64,000 nucleotides of DNA from contig MCFH01000014.1 of assembly GCA_002104945.1 (NCBI GenBank), positions 434,001-498,000 of the forward strand, read 5' to 3'. Shown piece by piece: positions 30,378-46,719 of this stretch (positions are counted from its first letter, which is position 1; every line of letters starts with the position of its first letter). A model generated the notes under the pieces. The model was not told where the DNA came from. It saw only the letters and a list, made by a program, of their open reading frames with translations, and searched no databases. Made by a program: the position numbers and the translations under genes. This stretch comes from Piromyces finnis finn. Lineage: Eukaryota > Fungi > Neocallimastigomycota.

Positions 30378-30462
30378 CAATTTATATAAATAAACTAAAT
30401 ATCAATATATATATATATATCAATTTATATAAATAAACTAAATATCAATATATATATATATA
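30378..30462. repeat. 43-bp tandem duplication upstream of rhomboid 1
   Basis: CAATTTATATAAATAAACTAAATATCAATATATAT.. occurs at 30378 and 30421. Confidence 0.85.
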
Positions 30463-30731
30463 CTCAAGCAATAACAGAAATTTAAAATTTCAGTCAATAA
30501 TACTATATATATATATATACTAATACTAATTACATATATATTCAAAACATAACACAATCTACAGGTTTATTTTATTAAAATACTAAAAATAACAATTAAT
30601 AAAATATATATGTGTATAATCATTTACTTTTCAATATACTTTAGTTATATTTAAAATACAGCAATACCGAAATAAAAATATTAAATTCCCAAAGTATTTG
30701 AAGAATATACAATATATAGTTAAAATATACT

Positions 30732-30779
<48 letters not shown>

Positions 30780-30950
30780 TCAATTTAAAAATTACTATCA
30801 TAAAAAATTAATAGAAATTATATAACAAATTCTTGAGAATTAGAATATACCTAATCTTATTATTATCTTAAATTCATTTTTTTTAAAAAAAAAAAAGTTT
30901 TAACAAGAAATAATAGAAACAACTCAAAATATATATAAAGAAGAAGAAAA

Positions 30951-32840
30951 ATGAGTGAAAAAAGCATTAGAAGAAAAAGTACTTATAGTATTAAAAAAGC
31001 TGGTTCAGATGCTTGGAGATGGTTAAGTGCTGAAGATTCATTTGTTAGTGAAGAGCAACCTGTTGGTGTTTCATTTTATCAAAGAAATACTACTTTTAGA
31101 CAATATAGAAATAATAGAAATGGTTCTTCTTCACGAAATTCTAGTAATATTAGTCAATTTCTCAATCCATCATATTTTAGAAATCTTACATCTTCTGAAC
31201 AATCATACTCCTCAATTAATATGGAAGAACCCGAAGAAGACGAAGAAGTTAAAAAACCAAAACCAGCACTTGAAAAACAAAAGAATGAAAGTGACCCTAA
31301 TAAAAGAAAAAATTTAAAAATTCCAAGTGCATTATATGACCCAGAAGTTCGCAGACAACTCCAACAAATGAAACCTCATATACCTTACTTTTTGGTTACC
31401 GTAACTATTCTACAAATTTTCATTTTAATCTTTTCCATAGGTAGAAATTATTCTGTTACCGGTAAATTTATTGCTGGAATGGATGATAATCCAATGATTG
31501 GACCTTACCCAAGTGTAAGTTGAAAAAAAAAAAAAAACATTTAATTATTATCTATTCATAAAAAAAAAAAAGTATTTAAATTTGATATATATATTTTTTT
31601 TTTTATTATTAAGAAACGAAAATGATATATTTATTTTTATATAAAAAGAAAGAATTGACGTATATATATTAAACAAAAGAAAAATATTATTAATCATTCA
31701 TTATTAAATATTAATATTATTTTAAAAAAAAAAAATTAATTTCTTATCATGTTCATTTTTATGTTAATTTTATTTAAAAAAAAAAAAAAAAAAAAAATAG
31801 TTTTTTATCATATATTTATTTTTATTAATATATTATTATATAATATTAAATAATTTCATTCCATATTTAGACATTAGTTTATATGGGTGCTAGATTTCTT
31901 CCATGTATGAAAAAAACAAATATTACTGAAACAGAATGTCCTCCAGGTGTTAAAAGTCAAAACTATGTTACTAAAATGGTTTTAGATCAAAATGGACAAA
32001 TGATTAATACACTTCAACGATCAGACATGTGTTCTCTTGCCGATATTTGTGGTTTTGATATGAAGCAAAGGGATACACCAAATCAATGGTACCGTTTTAT
32101 TATACCCATTTTCCTTCATTCAGGAATTCTTCATATTTTATTTAATTTAGTTTTTCAGGTTCGTACGGGTATCCCTATGGAAAAAGAATTTGGCTCCTGG
32201 AGAATGGCTATCATTTATATGATAAGTGGTATTTTTGGTTTTATCTTTGAAGCAAAATCTGTTGGTTATGCTCCAAGTGTCGGTTGTTCTGGTGCACTTT
32301 ATGGTAAGTTTAAATGAAAATGCATTTCATTTTTCCATTTCTCTCTTTTAAATAGAAATAAAAAATAATAATAATAATAATAATCAATATTTATCTTCAA
32401 TATAAATAACCTTGGAAAATTAATGAAAATATTATTTAAATTTATAAATTATAGGATTATTGGCTTGTCTTTTACTTGATTTAATTCAAAGTTGGAAAAT
32501 TATTATTCACCCATGGAAAGAATTATTTAAATTACTACTTATTATTATCATTTCATTAGCTTTTGGTTTAATTCCATATGTAGACAATTTTGCTCATATT
32601 GGTGGTTTTATTATGGGTTTACTTATGGGAATTATCTTTTTACCATTTATTATATTCAGTAAAAAAGGTCTTATTATCAAAAGAATTTTAATGGTATTTT
32701 CTGTATTTATTTCAATATTTTTATTTATTTGGGCCATTCGTCAATTTTACATTGATGGTAAATATTGTAGATGGTGTAAATATTTAAGTTGTATACCCAT
32801 TAAAGAAGAATGGTGTGAATATTATGATTCTATATATTAA
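30951..32840 (+). CDS. Rhomboid intramembrane serine protease, paralog 1 (exons 30951-31514, 31871-32303, 32455-32840)
   Basis: QWYRF..FLHSGILHILFN, catalytic GCSG and NFAHIGG, plus a Cys-rich luminal loop GARFLPCM..C..CSLADICGF. Confidence 0.93.
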
Positions 32841-34708
32841 AAAAAAATAATAATAACAGTATATTTTTTTTCAACCTTTTATTACTATAGATATTTTTTT
32901 TTTCAATCTTTTAGTACTATAGATAATTTTTTTATTTATTTATTAATATAAATTATAGGATTAGAAAGTATTTACTTTATTGTATATATATATATATAAA
33001 AAAGAATAATTCATAATTCATACTTTTTTTAAGCTTTTTTTTTTTTAAAAAAAATACCAAGAAAAAATATATATTACTATTTTGATTGTTTTAATAATAG
33101 TAAAAAATAAATTAAAAATAAATTATTTTAAAAAAAATTTTTTTTTTCTCTTTCCCTGCCTTGATTCATTCTACGCCTACCATAAAAAATACTATCAAAA
33201 AAAAAAGGAAAAATAATAAATTTCTAATTTTTTTTATATAAATACAATGAATAATATCAAAAAAAAAAAAAAAAAGCTTTTTAATATAAAAAGCTTCATT
33301 CATTCATAGATTCTTTCAACCTTTAATACTATTTCAAAAAGTCTAAAATAATAAACTTTAAATCTATATGTTTTAATACTATTTCAAGAATTCCAAAATA
33401 AAATGCTTTATGTTCTTTTCATTGATGTTGTACACCATGAAAGACGATCTTTTAACCTAAAAAAAAATATGTGTATGCATGATATCCATATGACTTATTA
33501 ATGATCAATACTTTTTTTTATCTATAAAAAATGAACCTACCGTCAAAACATAAAAATCAGCCAATAAGTGATTAGAATGTTTAATATTAATTAAAGTTTG
33601 ATATACCATAAATCCATGAAATAGAATTAATTTCAATATTAATTAATCTTCATTATTATCAAACTAGCAAATGAAATCCATTGAAATTTCAATAATGAAT
33701 ATATTATAATATATGAAATATAAATTAAATATAATTATTTAATTAACTATATATATTTATGTTAATTGTAACAAATTAAAATTCTTTCAATATAAGAAAT
33801 TATTGAGTGGCCGACGTCCTTTGAGCGAACAATATATAACATTTTATTGTTAATTCTATATTTATAAAGAGTCTAATATGTCGATGATAAAGATATTTTA
33901 TTATTCTTTATCATAAAATAAACTATCTATTTACCATTAATCATTGAATAGATTGTTTCATTTATTGAGTGATAGCATATATAGCATCATTATTAGTAAT
34001 AAAAAGGTACCTAAAATATTTCTAAAACATTTTTAATAAACTATTTATATTAATTAATATAATCGTTAACTTGATGAATTTTATTATTGACTAAGAAGAA
34101 GAAGAATAAAAAAAAAAAATATATATAAAAATTAATATTATTTAAAGTTTTTTACTTTGGATGGCTCTGAATATGGAAATTTTATAATTAAATATTCAAG
34201 AAATTTTATATTAATTTTAAAAGACTTTAAAAATTTTTTTTTTATTTTTCTTTTTTTTTTTTTTTTTTTATAAATCACTTGCAAAAAAAAAAAAAAAAAA
34301 AAGGTGAATAAAGAAAAGAAAGAAACAAGAAGTTTATTTTTAGTTTTTATTTACAATTAGTAATAATAATATTTTTAAATTGAATTGTGATAAAACTATG
34401 ACTTTTTTTTTTTAGAAAAATAAACAAAAAATAATAATAATAATAAATATATATATATAAATACACTTTTTTTTTTTCAACATTCTTCAATAGGAAAGAA
34501 AAAGAAAAAAAAAACAATAGACGAAAATTAAGAAGAAAAAACATTATAAATATATTAATAATACAACTTTTAAAAAACATTCACTTTAAAATTGTATATT
34601 CCTATAATTATAGAATAAAATTATAAATAAAAAAATATATATATACAATAAAAACATAAAAGTCATTATCCAAAATATATAAATAAATAAATAAATAAAT
34701 AAATAAAA

Positions 34709-36504
34709 ATGAGTAATTTAAAAAGAAGTAATACTCTTCAAACAATTAAAAGAGCGGGTACCGGAGCTTGGAAATGGATTAATGCAGAAGATGCTCAAAT
34801 AAATCAAAATAATCCTCAGGGTGTTTCCTATTTCCAAAGAAGTAATACAATGAAGAAATTAAATAGTAGTAATAGTATTCGGTATCGTCAACGTCCTAAT
34901 TATGGATATAATCAATTACATGACCAATCTTATGATAATGTCTATAATGAAAATTCTTATACAGTAAATATGAATCAAGTTGATAGTAATGCTAGTATAA
35001 GGAGACCAGAACCAGCAAGAGAAAAAAAAGAAAAAGAAACAGATCCAAATAATAGAAAAAGAAAAGAAAAAATTCCAAGTGCTCTCTACGATCCAGAAGT
35101 ACGAAAACAATTAGAACAAATGAAGCAACATAAACCTTATTTTATGTATATTATTACTGTTATTCAAATATTTATGATGGTCATGTCAATTTATAAATAT
35201 TACACTGCTACTGGTCAATTTCTTGCTCCTATTAATGAAAATATTATGATAGGTCCAGATTCAGGTGTAAGTTGAAAAAAATCATATCTCTATATTACCC
35301 TTCTTCCTACATTTAATATTTATAATATATTGATAATATATTGATAATTTTATGATGTTTTTTCTTTAAAAATAAAATTATATATATTTGAATATATATA
35401 TATAATATATAAACCATTTATAAATAATAATTAAATTTTACGATATAGGAAATAATATTTTTACCATTACTATGAGTTTTTTTTTTTTTTTTAGTAAAAA
35501 AAGGAATAAAATAATTAATGTAATATTTCATTATAATATATATCCAATATTATTTTAATACCTATAGCCTTTAATTCAATATGGTGCAAGATTTCTTCCA
35601 TGTATGAAACCAACAAACACTACCTTTATGGAATGCCCTAAAAGTATAAGAGGAACTGCTACTGCACAAAGTATTTCAGAAAGAATAGGACAAAGGGTTG
35701 AAGAACCACTTAATGGAAAAAAATATTGTAGTTTGAAAGATGTTTGTGCCTTTGGAATGAAAGAAGATGAAGTTCCTAATCAATGGTTTAGATTTATAGT
35801 ACCAATCTTTTTACATGCTGGTATTTTCCACTTGGTATTTAATTTAACTTTCCAAATTCGTACTGGTATTCAAATGGAAAAAGATTTTGGTACCTGGAGA
35901 ATTATGGTTATTTATATGGCTAGTGGTATCTTTGGTTTTGTCTTTGGCGCAAATTATTCAGGTATATCATCTAGTGTTGGTTGTTCTGGTTCTCTTTACG
36001 GTAAATATCGAATGAAATTAGATATAATAAACCCCCAATAAAAAAAATTAAATAATTTATCCAAAATATTAGCAAAATCATATTAATTTATAAATAATTT
36101 TTATATATAAATTTGTCTCTCTAGGTTTATTAGCCTGTCTTTTATTAGATTTAATTCAAAGTTGGAGATTAATTGTTGAACCATGGAAAGAATTATTTAA
36201 TATGCTTATTATCATTGTATTCTCATTAGGTATTGGTTTAGTTCCATTTATTGATAATTTCGCTCACGTTGGTGGTTTCATAACAGGAATATTAACAGGA
36301 TTAATATTTATGCCTTCAATTATCTTTAGTAAAAGAGATCTTAAAATTAAGAGAATATTAATGATTGCATCAGTCTTTATATCTATCTTTATGTTTATCT
36401 GGGCATTTAAGCAATTTTATGGTTCTAATAGTGATTGTAAGTGGTGTCACTATGTTAATTGTCTTCCAATTAAAGAAGGATGGTGTAAAAATTATGAAAC
36501 TTAA
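34709..36504 (+). CDS. Rhomboid intramembrane serine protease, paralog 2 (exons 34709-35266, 35568-36000, 36125-36504)
   Basis: QWFRF..FLHAGIFHLVFN, GCSG and NFAHVGG; same intron positions as paralog 1. Confidence 0.93.
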
Positions 36505-36657
36505 TTATGGATACCAAAAATAATTATTATTTTAATCGATAATAATTATTATTGTAATAATACTCTTTTTTTTTAAAAAAAAAAAATCATTATCATTAAT
36601 AAAAAAAAAAACCTAATAATTATAGAATTGTAAAAAAAAAATATAATAAAAAATAAA

Positions 36658-36688
<31 letters not shown>

Positions 36689-37767
36689 TTAAAATAATAG
36701 CTTAATTTTTTAAAGGATTCAATAATTTTTCTATCTTTTTTTTTTTTTTAGCTCTTTAGAAGTTACAAAAAAAAAAAAAAAAAAAAAAGAAATAATGTTG
36801 CACTAAGTTTACCTATTATTATTTTATATTATCAACAATTACTGATGGATTGTTATATCCTATATTCTTGTTTACTAATAAAATTAATATCAAGTTTGTT
36901 TTTTTTTTTTTTTTGCCTATTGGATTTTATTAATATTAATATTCTATATACACAAATAATAGTTTGTTATAATAAGGGACACAAGTTCGAAACCTCAAAC
37001 CCTTACCTAATTTTTATATCTTTTTTAAAGTGGATAAATTGAAATATTCCATGATTTCAATTATTATTTTTATTGTATACAATGTAATATTAAGTTTATC
37101 TACATTAAATAATATAATGTACATTAATGCATTAATGTATTAATGATAATAAAATTTTTTTCAATTTATTTTTTCGAATCTAATATATGATATCCCAATA
37201 TATTTTATATATTTTCGAAAAATTTCTATTTCATTATTTTTTTTAAAAAATTATTTTCGTAAAAATTTATTCATTTATTAATAATATATTAATTATATAT
37301 TGTAATGTATTGGATCAAAATATTTTTATTGAATTTATTATACCTCAAAATGTAATAAAAAAAAAAAAATTATACATTTCATACTACCACCCACCACCAC
37401 CACCACCACTAGTATTTCTTATTAAATATATAATAGTATTAATTATTATTAAATGATATTCTATAATTTATATATAAATTTAATACCTACACACTTTATT
37501 TTTTTTTTTTTTTTTTTTCCTTACAAACTTTTTTAGATATTAAAAAAAATATAGATTTTAAATATAAAAAGTCTTTTTTTTTTTTTTTTCTTCAATTAAT
37601 AGTCCTAATTAAAATAAGAAAAGAAAAAAAAGAAAAAAAATAATAATTATAATATATTTATAAATATATATTTATTTAATTTATTTAATATTATTTATTT
37701 TATTAAAACTACTTGTTACATTTATTTTTTCATTTTAAATTCGTTACCCATTTTTAATAATAAATAA

Positions 37768-40100
<2,333 letters not shown>

Positions 40101-41319
40101 GCACCTCAACATGATATACCATGAAACACACCATTCATTTAAATTTTTTTTTAAATACTATTATTTTTTTTAATTTTTCAAACCTATTATCTATTTTTTA
40201 CAATTCTTTTAATTCAAATATTTCAATTCAACGAAAAGAAATTGATTTTTTTTAATAAAAAAAAAATTGTTTTTGTATAATTTTTCAATTCATTTTTTTA
40301 AATAATGAAAAAAAAGAAAATTTTTTATTTTTAATTTCGCGAAAAAAGGGAGAAATGTACTTTTCTCCAACCGAACAATTTCATACCCAAAAAGAAAAAA
40401 AAATCATTAAAATAAATTAAAAAAAAAAAAAAAAACCCAACAATCACTATAAAAAAAAATACAATAAGAAACCAGGGAAAAAAAAAGTAGAAAGAAAAAA
40501 AAAAAGGAAAAAATAAAAAACAGAAAGAAAAGTTAAGAAACAGAAAGAAAAGAAGAAGAAAAAAACTTATATTATTTTTATCATGATTATTTAATTTTTC
40601 TTGTTTTTTAAAAAAATTTTTTTTTTTTTAACCAAAAATATTTATAAAATAAAAATAAATAGAATTATTCAACTATACATTAAATATAAAATAAAATAAA
40701 TGAAAAACAAAATAAAAGAAAAAATATATATATAAAAGATTTTTTTTTTTTTTTCTCTAGTATTTTATAAATTTTATAAAATAATACTAAGCATTTATAA
40801 TTAAAAATAAAATTAAAAAAAAAAAAAACATATTTTAATATAATTCTTTTTATTATTTTTATAATATATAAAAATGGATGGCAAGAATGAAAAGTTAAAT
40901 GAAAATTGTTGATATGAAATAAAAGAAATTATGAAAAAAAAAATATATATATATATAAACATATTGCTTTTTGTAATGATATATAAAATAGTATGGTATT
41001 GAAATATTGCAAAATATATATATTCGTTCAATAGGTTAAATAATACAATTTAAATTTTATAAAAAAAAATATATATATATATATATTGAATTTGATAGTT
41101 GTTGAAAAAAAAAAAAATGGATTGATAAATTGATTGTTTTAACTGAAATAAAAATAAAAAGAATATTGTACTTAAATATTGTTCATTGCAAATGTAAAAA
41201 AAAAAAAAAAAAAATGAAATAAATTAAAATTAAACTATTTTTTAAAAATTATAGTAATTATTAAAAGATACTATAGGTAAAATATATATATATATAGATA
41301 TGGATATAATATATTTAAA

Positions 41320-44300
41320 TTAAAAAAATATATATAAAAACCATGATGTAATTAAAAGTATTAAAGAGAAAGATTGATTTACCCAAGTTGATAATGAAGT
41401 TGCTTCTGATACTACTAAAAAGTATTCACATTGATTATTAGTATGTGTTACATTTCTCGAAAAGAGTTGTCGTTCATCCATAATAACATCCCAACCAATA
41501 GTTTTCATAACTTTTTGAGTATCTGGTCCCCATATTGGATAAATACCATCTTCTGGTTCTTTAATATCCCAACCGTCTAAATCAACACCATCATTAATTA
41601 AAGATTTTAAAGATCTTCCCTTCTTTGCCATATAAACCATTAAAAAGTCAGAAGTATCTATGAAGGAATAATCAATGTGAGAAAGAGAACTAGAACCATT
41701 CCATAAATTACAAAAAGATTGAAGTGGAACGTAATTTGAAAAGGTGACATATTTAAATTCTGTATCAAAACTTTTTTCAATATATTCATTAGAAGGTACA
41801 CCAAAAGAAATACTACCACCTTTACCGGTAGCCAGGGTATAAAGGAATTTTGAAGCAATAAAACCTTCATTATCATCATTTTCATAGGCTTTAATAAATT
41901 CACCTAAAGGCATTTTTCCTCCATTCTTTTTTAAAATTGCCTTTGAACTCTTAAGCATAGAAAGGTATAACGTATAAATCGGTGAATATTCTTCATGATA
42001 CATAAGATAACGATCATAAATAGAAATTGGAACCCAACCTAAAAATTGAACCTTTTTATTATTAGATTCGGAAATTGAATAATAACCTTGAGGTGTAAGA
42101 TAGGTATCCTTGGCCTGAGAATACTTTTCAAATATTTCTGGATAATTTTTGTAGAATGCTGTATCCCTATAAAAAAAAAAAAAAAAGAAAAGAATATATA
42201 TATATTTAATTGTAGATAGACATATAAAAAAAATTTATAAAAAGGATTAATAAAGTTTACGTATAAATAAAAATATATTTAGATAATCGTTTATATATAT
42301 ATGTGAATATCGTGTTTATAATATTTATTAGATATCATAAATTTAAAACTAAAAAAGAAAAAAAAAGGAATTTAATTTTTTATAAATTTACCAAAAAGAT
42401 AAAAATCCTAATCCATGAGTAATTTCGTGTAATAAAATATAAAGAAGATCACGATATTTTTCATTAAATTCATCAGAATCCTACAATCATAACAAGTTAG
42501 AATGTAATATATGTTAAAATAAAAAGTATATTTTATATATTTATATACATATATATTTAATGATATAAAAAGTTATTGATTGATTGATTTTTTTTTATCC
42601 TTATTATTATAATTATTTACCCCAAAATAGAATTGATAATTATTATTAATTTGAATGTAAATATCTTCTTCATTATCATCAAGGTCACTAGTGCCATGAA
42701 TTTGCTTATAGAGTGCTTTTGGAAAACTCCATTCAATACCATTAGCATCATTAAGAAGATAAAGACTAGAAGGAGAGGATGATGCTACTGTAACTGAATT
42801 ATTTGAACAATTCTTTTCTTTACAGAAGGAATAATAATCAACCGTAAGGTATAATTTTTTATGAATAGTAATCATTTTTTGAATATACTGACTACATTTT
42901 TTTAGGGTTTCTTCAACTTTTCTACATTGTTCTTCATCAATATCATAATCACAGAAATAATCAAATACTAAATATTCAGATTTAATTTGTTTAGAATTAG
43001 AATTTCTATTGATAATATCAGTTCTTAAATCTCTTTTTTGTTTCATACGTCGTTGTTGTTGTTGTTGTTGTTGTTGTTGAAGAGTTCTATTCATTATAAT
43101 TTCTCTTCTTTTTTCGATTTTACTCTTTGATTCATTCAATATTTCATCTTCAGTGGAATTATCCTTTCGTTTTGTTTTTAGAATCGTTTGACCGGCGGTT
43201 GAAATCATCTTCTTTTTAATATATACTGGTCTTAATTTATCATTAGGATTAGGGGATGGAATAAATTGAACATCAATGTATTCTTCCTCATTTCTTTTCA
43301 TTGCCTTCACATCTTCCATAATTATTCTTTCAATATTTCTTTTTGAAGGTTTAACTGAGCGAGCCAATTTTTCTTTATTAACATTATCCCTTTTATTAGT
43401 GTTAGGTTTGGAAGTTTTGGATTTTGGAATCAATCTAACATTTCCTGTAGTATTACCTAATGATGCTATATTATTATTATCCTCCTCTTCTGTTGTATCG
43501 GTATTTTTTTCATCGGAATTTTCACTTTTATTAGTTAAATGATATTTACCAGAATTGATATAATTCACCGATTTATTGATACTATTATTTCCACTACCAC
43601 TACTACTACCTTTATTGTTATTAAGAATAGGATTCGTTTGTCCATTTAAAAGATTTGATGTTGTTGATTTTGGTTTTGTTTCATCATTAAACATATTATT
43701 ACTTTGACCATTTAAAATATTTGATGTTGTTGATTTTGGTTTTGTTTCATCATTAAACATATTATTACTTTGGCCATTTAATACATTGGATGTACCTTGC
43801 TTTGATTTAGTTTCATCATTAAACATAGTATTACTTTGGCCATTTAATACATTGGTTGTACCTTGCTTTGATTTAGTTTCATCATTAAACATATTATTAC
43901 TTTGGCCATTTAAGATATTCGATGTACTTGATTTTGGTCTTGTTTCATCATTATACATATTGAGTATATTATTACTTTGGCCATTCAATATATTTGATGT
44001 ACCGGATTTTAATTTGGCTTCATCGTTAAACATATTATTACTTTGACCATTCAATACATTGGATGTACCTTGTTTTGATTTAGTTTCATCATTAAATATA
44101 TTATTACTTTGACCATTCAATACATTGGATGTACCTTGTTTTGATTTAGTTTCATCATTAAACATATTATTACTTTGACCATTCAATACATTGGATGTGC
44201 CTTGTTTTGATTTAGTTTCATCATTAAACATATTATTACTTTGACCATTCAATACATTGGATGTACCTTGTTTTGATTTAGTTTCATCATTAAACATACC

Positions 44301-45710
44301 ATTCAATACATTTGTCGTATGTGTTTTTGTTTTTGTTTTATCACTTAAAGAAGATTTAAAGTTTTGTTGTTGTTTTTCATTTCCATTAACATTTTTATTA
44401 GAACTTGAATTACTGGAACTGTTATTGATATTGAAAACTTTTTCGGTACTGGTATTTCCTACTGTATTTTTATCTTCGGATATAGAATATGGAGGAGAAT
44501 TGTTATTTTGATTTTGTTGTTTGTTTTTTCCATCATTATACGTTACAGTATTTCCAGAGTTGTTATTTTGATTTGGTTTTTTATCCCCTAGTCCTAAATT
44601 GAAAACTTTTTCATGATTATCGTAGTTTATATTATCCTTATCATCATTTAATGCATATGGAGGAGAATTTTGTTGTTGGGTTTGTTGGTTTTTTCCACCA
44701 TTATAAGTAACAGTATTTCCTAAATTGTTATTTTGACTTGGTTTTTTGTCAAACATACCTAAACTAAAAACTTTTTTAGGATTTGAACTATTTGAATTGT
44801 TGTTTTTATCATTGTTTAATGCATATGGAGGTGAATTTTGTTGTTGGGTTTGTTGATTTTTTCCATCTTGATAAGTAACAGTATTTCCTAAATTGTTATT
44901 CTGACTTGGTCTTTTATCCCCTAGACCTATGTTGAAAATTTTTTTAGGATCTGAATTATTTGAACTGTTTTTATCATCGTTTAATGCATATGGAGGAGAA
45001 TTTTGTTGTTGGGTTTGTTGTTTGTTTTTTCCTTCTTGATAATTAACAGTATTTCCCATATTGTTATTTTGATTTACATTTTTAATTCCACTATTTATAC
45101 TAAAAACTTTTTCAGGACCAGAATTGTTTGGACTCTTGTTATTATTATTTAATGCATAGGGAGGAGAATCTTGTTGGGTTTGCTGTTTTTTTCCATCTTG
45201 GTAGGAAACACTACTTCCTGAATTGTTATCTTGATTCACTTTTTTAATTCCATTATTTAAATTAAAAACTTTTTCTGGAAAAGTGTTACCCACATTCTTA
45301 TTGTTATTATTTAATGCATAGGGAGGTGAATTATCTTGTTGGGACTGTTGCTTTTGACCATTATTATAATTTACACTTTGACTTGAAATTGGATTTTTGT
45401 TTTCTTTAGAATTTTTAATACTATTATATAAGTTAAAAATTCTTGCATTAGAAACTTCGCTAGTTTTTTTGCGAGAACGATTTAAATTAAATTCTTCATC
45501 GGTAATGGACCGATGCTTATTTTTTGATTGTAAATCTTCATTTTTTGAATATTCTTCAGAATTTGATGCCTTTATTTCCTTTAATTCCAAATTTACATTC
45601 TCTATTTTTTCTGCATGAACTATTAATATGAATAATATGAATGTAAATGTGATAATAAAATTTTTAAAACTATAGTTTTTTTTATTATTCAGTATCGACG
45701 TTATGAGCAT
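41320..45710 (-). CDS. Large secreted, probably GPI/membrane-anchored zincin-like metallopeptidase with repeat-rich N-terminal region, 3 exons (45710-42621, 42480-42392, 42166-41320)
   Basis: The two ORF-track ORFs are joined by an 89-nt exon encoding DSDEFNEKYRDLLYILLHEITHGLGFLSFW (HExxH). The gene also has a hydrophobic N-terminus, FPKALYKQ, later SHID..DFLM..WGP, and a hydrophobic C-terminus. Confidence 0.8.
43630..44300 (-). repeat. Coding tandem repeat, 66 bp / 22 aa (NDETKSKQGTSNVLNGQSNNMF), ~10 copies
   Basis: Visible in both the translation and the DNA (period 66). Confidence 0.93.
44400..45400 (-). repeat. Coding tandem repeat, ~55 aa (SPPYALN..KVF..NTVTY.DGK.QQ), 6 copies
   Basis: Six SPPY-anchored units in the translation. 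Confidence 0.88.
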
Positions 45711-46106
45711 TGATTATATTATATATTACTTCTATTTAAAATGACAATGGGTTTAATTTATTATATCTCTATCTCTATGTAAAATTTTTTAACAATAAAA
45801 GAAAAAATAAAAATATAAAAAAAAAAAATAATAAAACTATAAACAATTATGTTTTATTTTATACAAACATATGAAAAAAAAAAAAAAAAAGTTTTTATGA
45901 ATTTAAATAAAAAGAGAAAATAATATATATACAACTTTACAATAAACTTCTCATGTTTAATTTAAAATTTTAATTATTTCTTTTCGAAAAACATAAGAAT
46001 TAAAATTTTCGAAAAATTTACGAATCAAATTTTAAATATTTTATTTTTCTTATTTTTTCACTTTAATTTCTTTAATTTCTATATTTTTTTAAAAAACTAA
46101 CAATTG

Positions 46107-46144
<38 letters not shown>

Positions 46145-46493
46145 CATCAAAAGATGAAGCAAAACATTTTATTATATTAATATTATTATACATATAATTA
46201 AGAATGAGAAAATTGTATAAATAATAATAATAATGTTTAATTCAATAAAGTCTTTATTATCTAAATAGTATAATGTGAACAAAAAAAAATATTCATTGCT
46301 TTATTATCATCCTACCTTCTCTTCTGAAGAAATTATTCTTTTAAAGTTTGATAAAAACTTTAATATTTTTTTTTCCTATATGAAAAAAATAAAAAAAATT
46401 ACAAACTTTGGAAAATACATAATATTTAAAAATAATTGAAAATTAAAAGTAAAAAAAAAACAATCTTTCAACAATTCTTCAATATTTATCTTT

Positions 46494-46516
46494 TTTTTAT
46501 TTATTTATGTATGTAT

Positions 46517-46591
<75 letters not shown>

Positions 46592-46620
46592 TGTATTTAT
46601 TTATTCATTCATTTATTCAT

Positions 46621-46655
<35 letters not shown>

Positions 46656-46688
46656 TTCATTTATTTATTTATTCATTCATTTATTCAT

Positions 46689-46718
<30 letters not shown>
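46494..46718. repeat. (TTTA)n tetranucleotide array with TTCA/TGTA variants
   Basis: Read directly; it generates the spurious IYLF-repeat ORFs 46436 and 46507. Confidence 0.95.

Positions 46719-46719
<1 letters not shown>

Noticed and set aside
40336-40345. TTTCGCGAAA palindrome (SBF/E2F-like site)
   Set aside because: It lies between two convergent gene 3' ends rather than in a promoter; single copy.
43630-44300. Regular 66-bp repeats superficially like a CRISPR array
   Set aside because: No unique spacers, in-frame within a eukaryotic CDS, and no cas genes.
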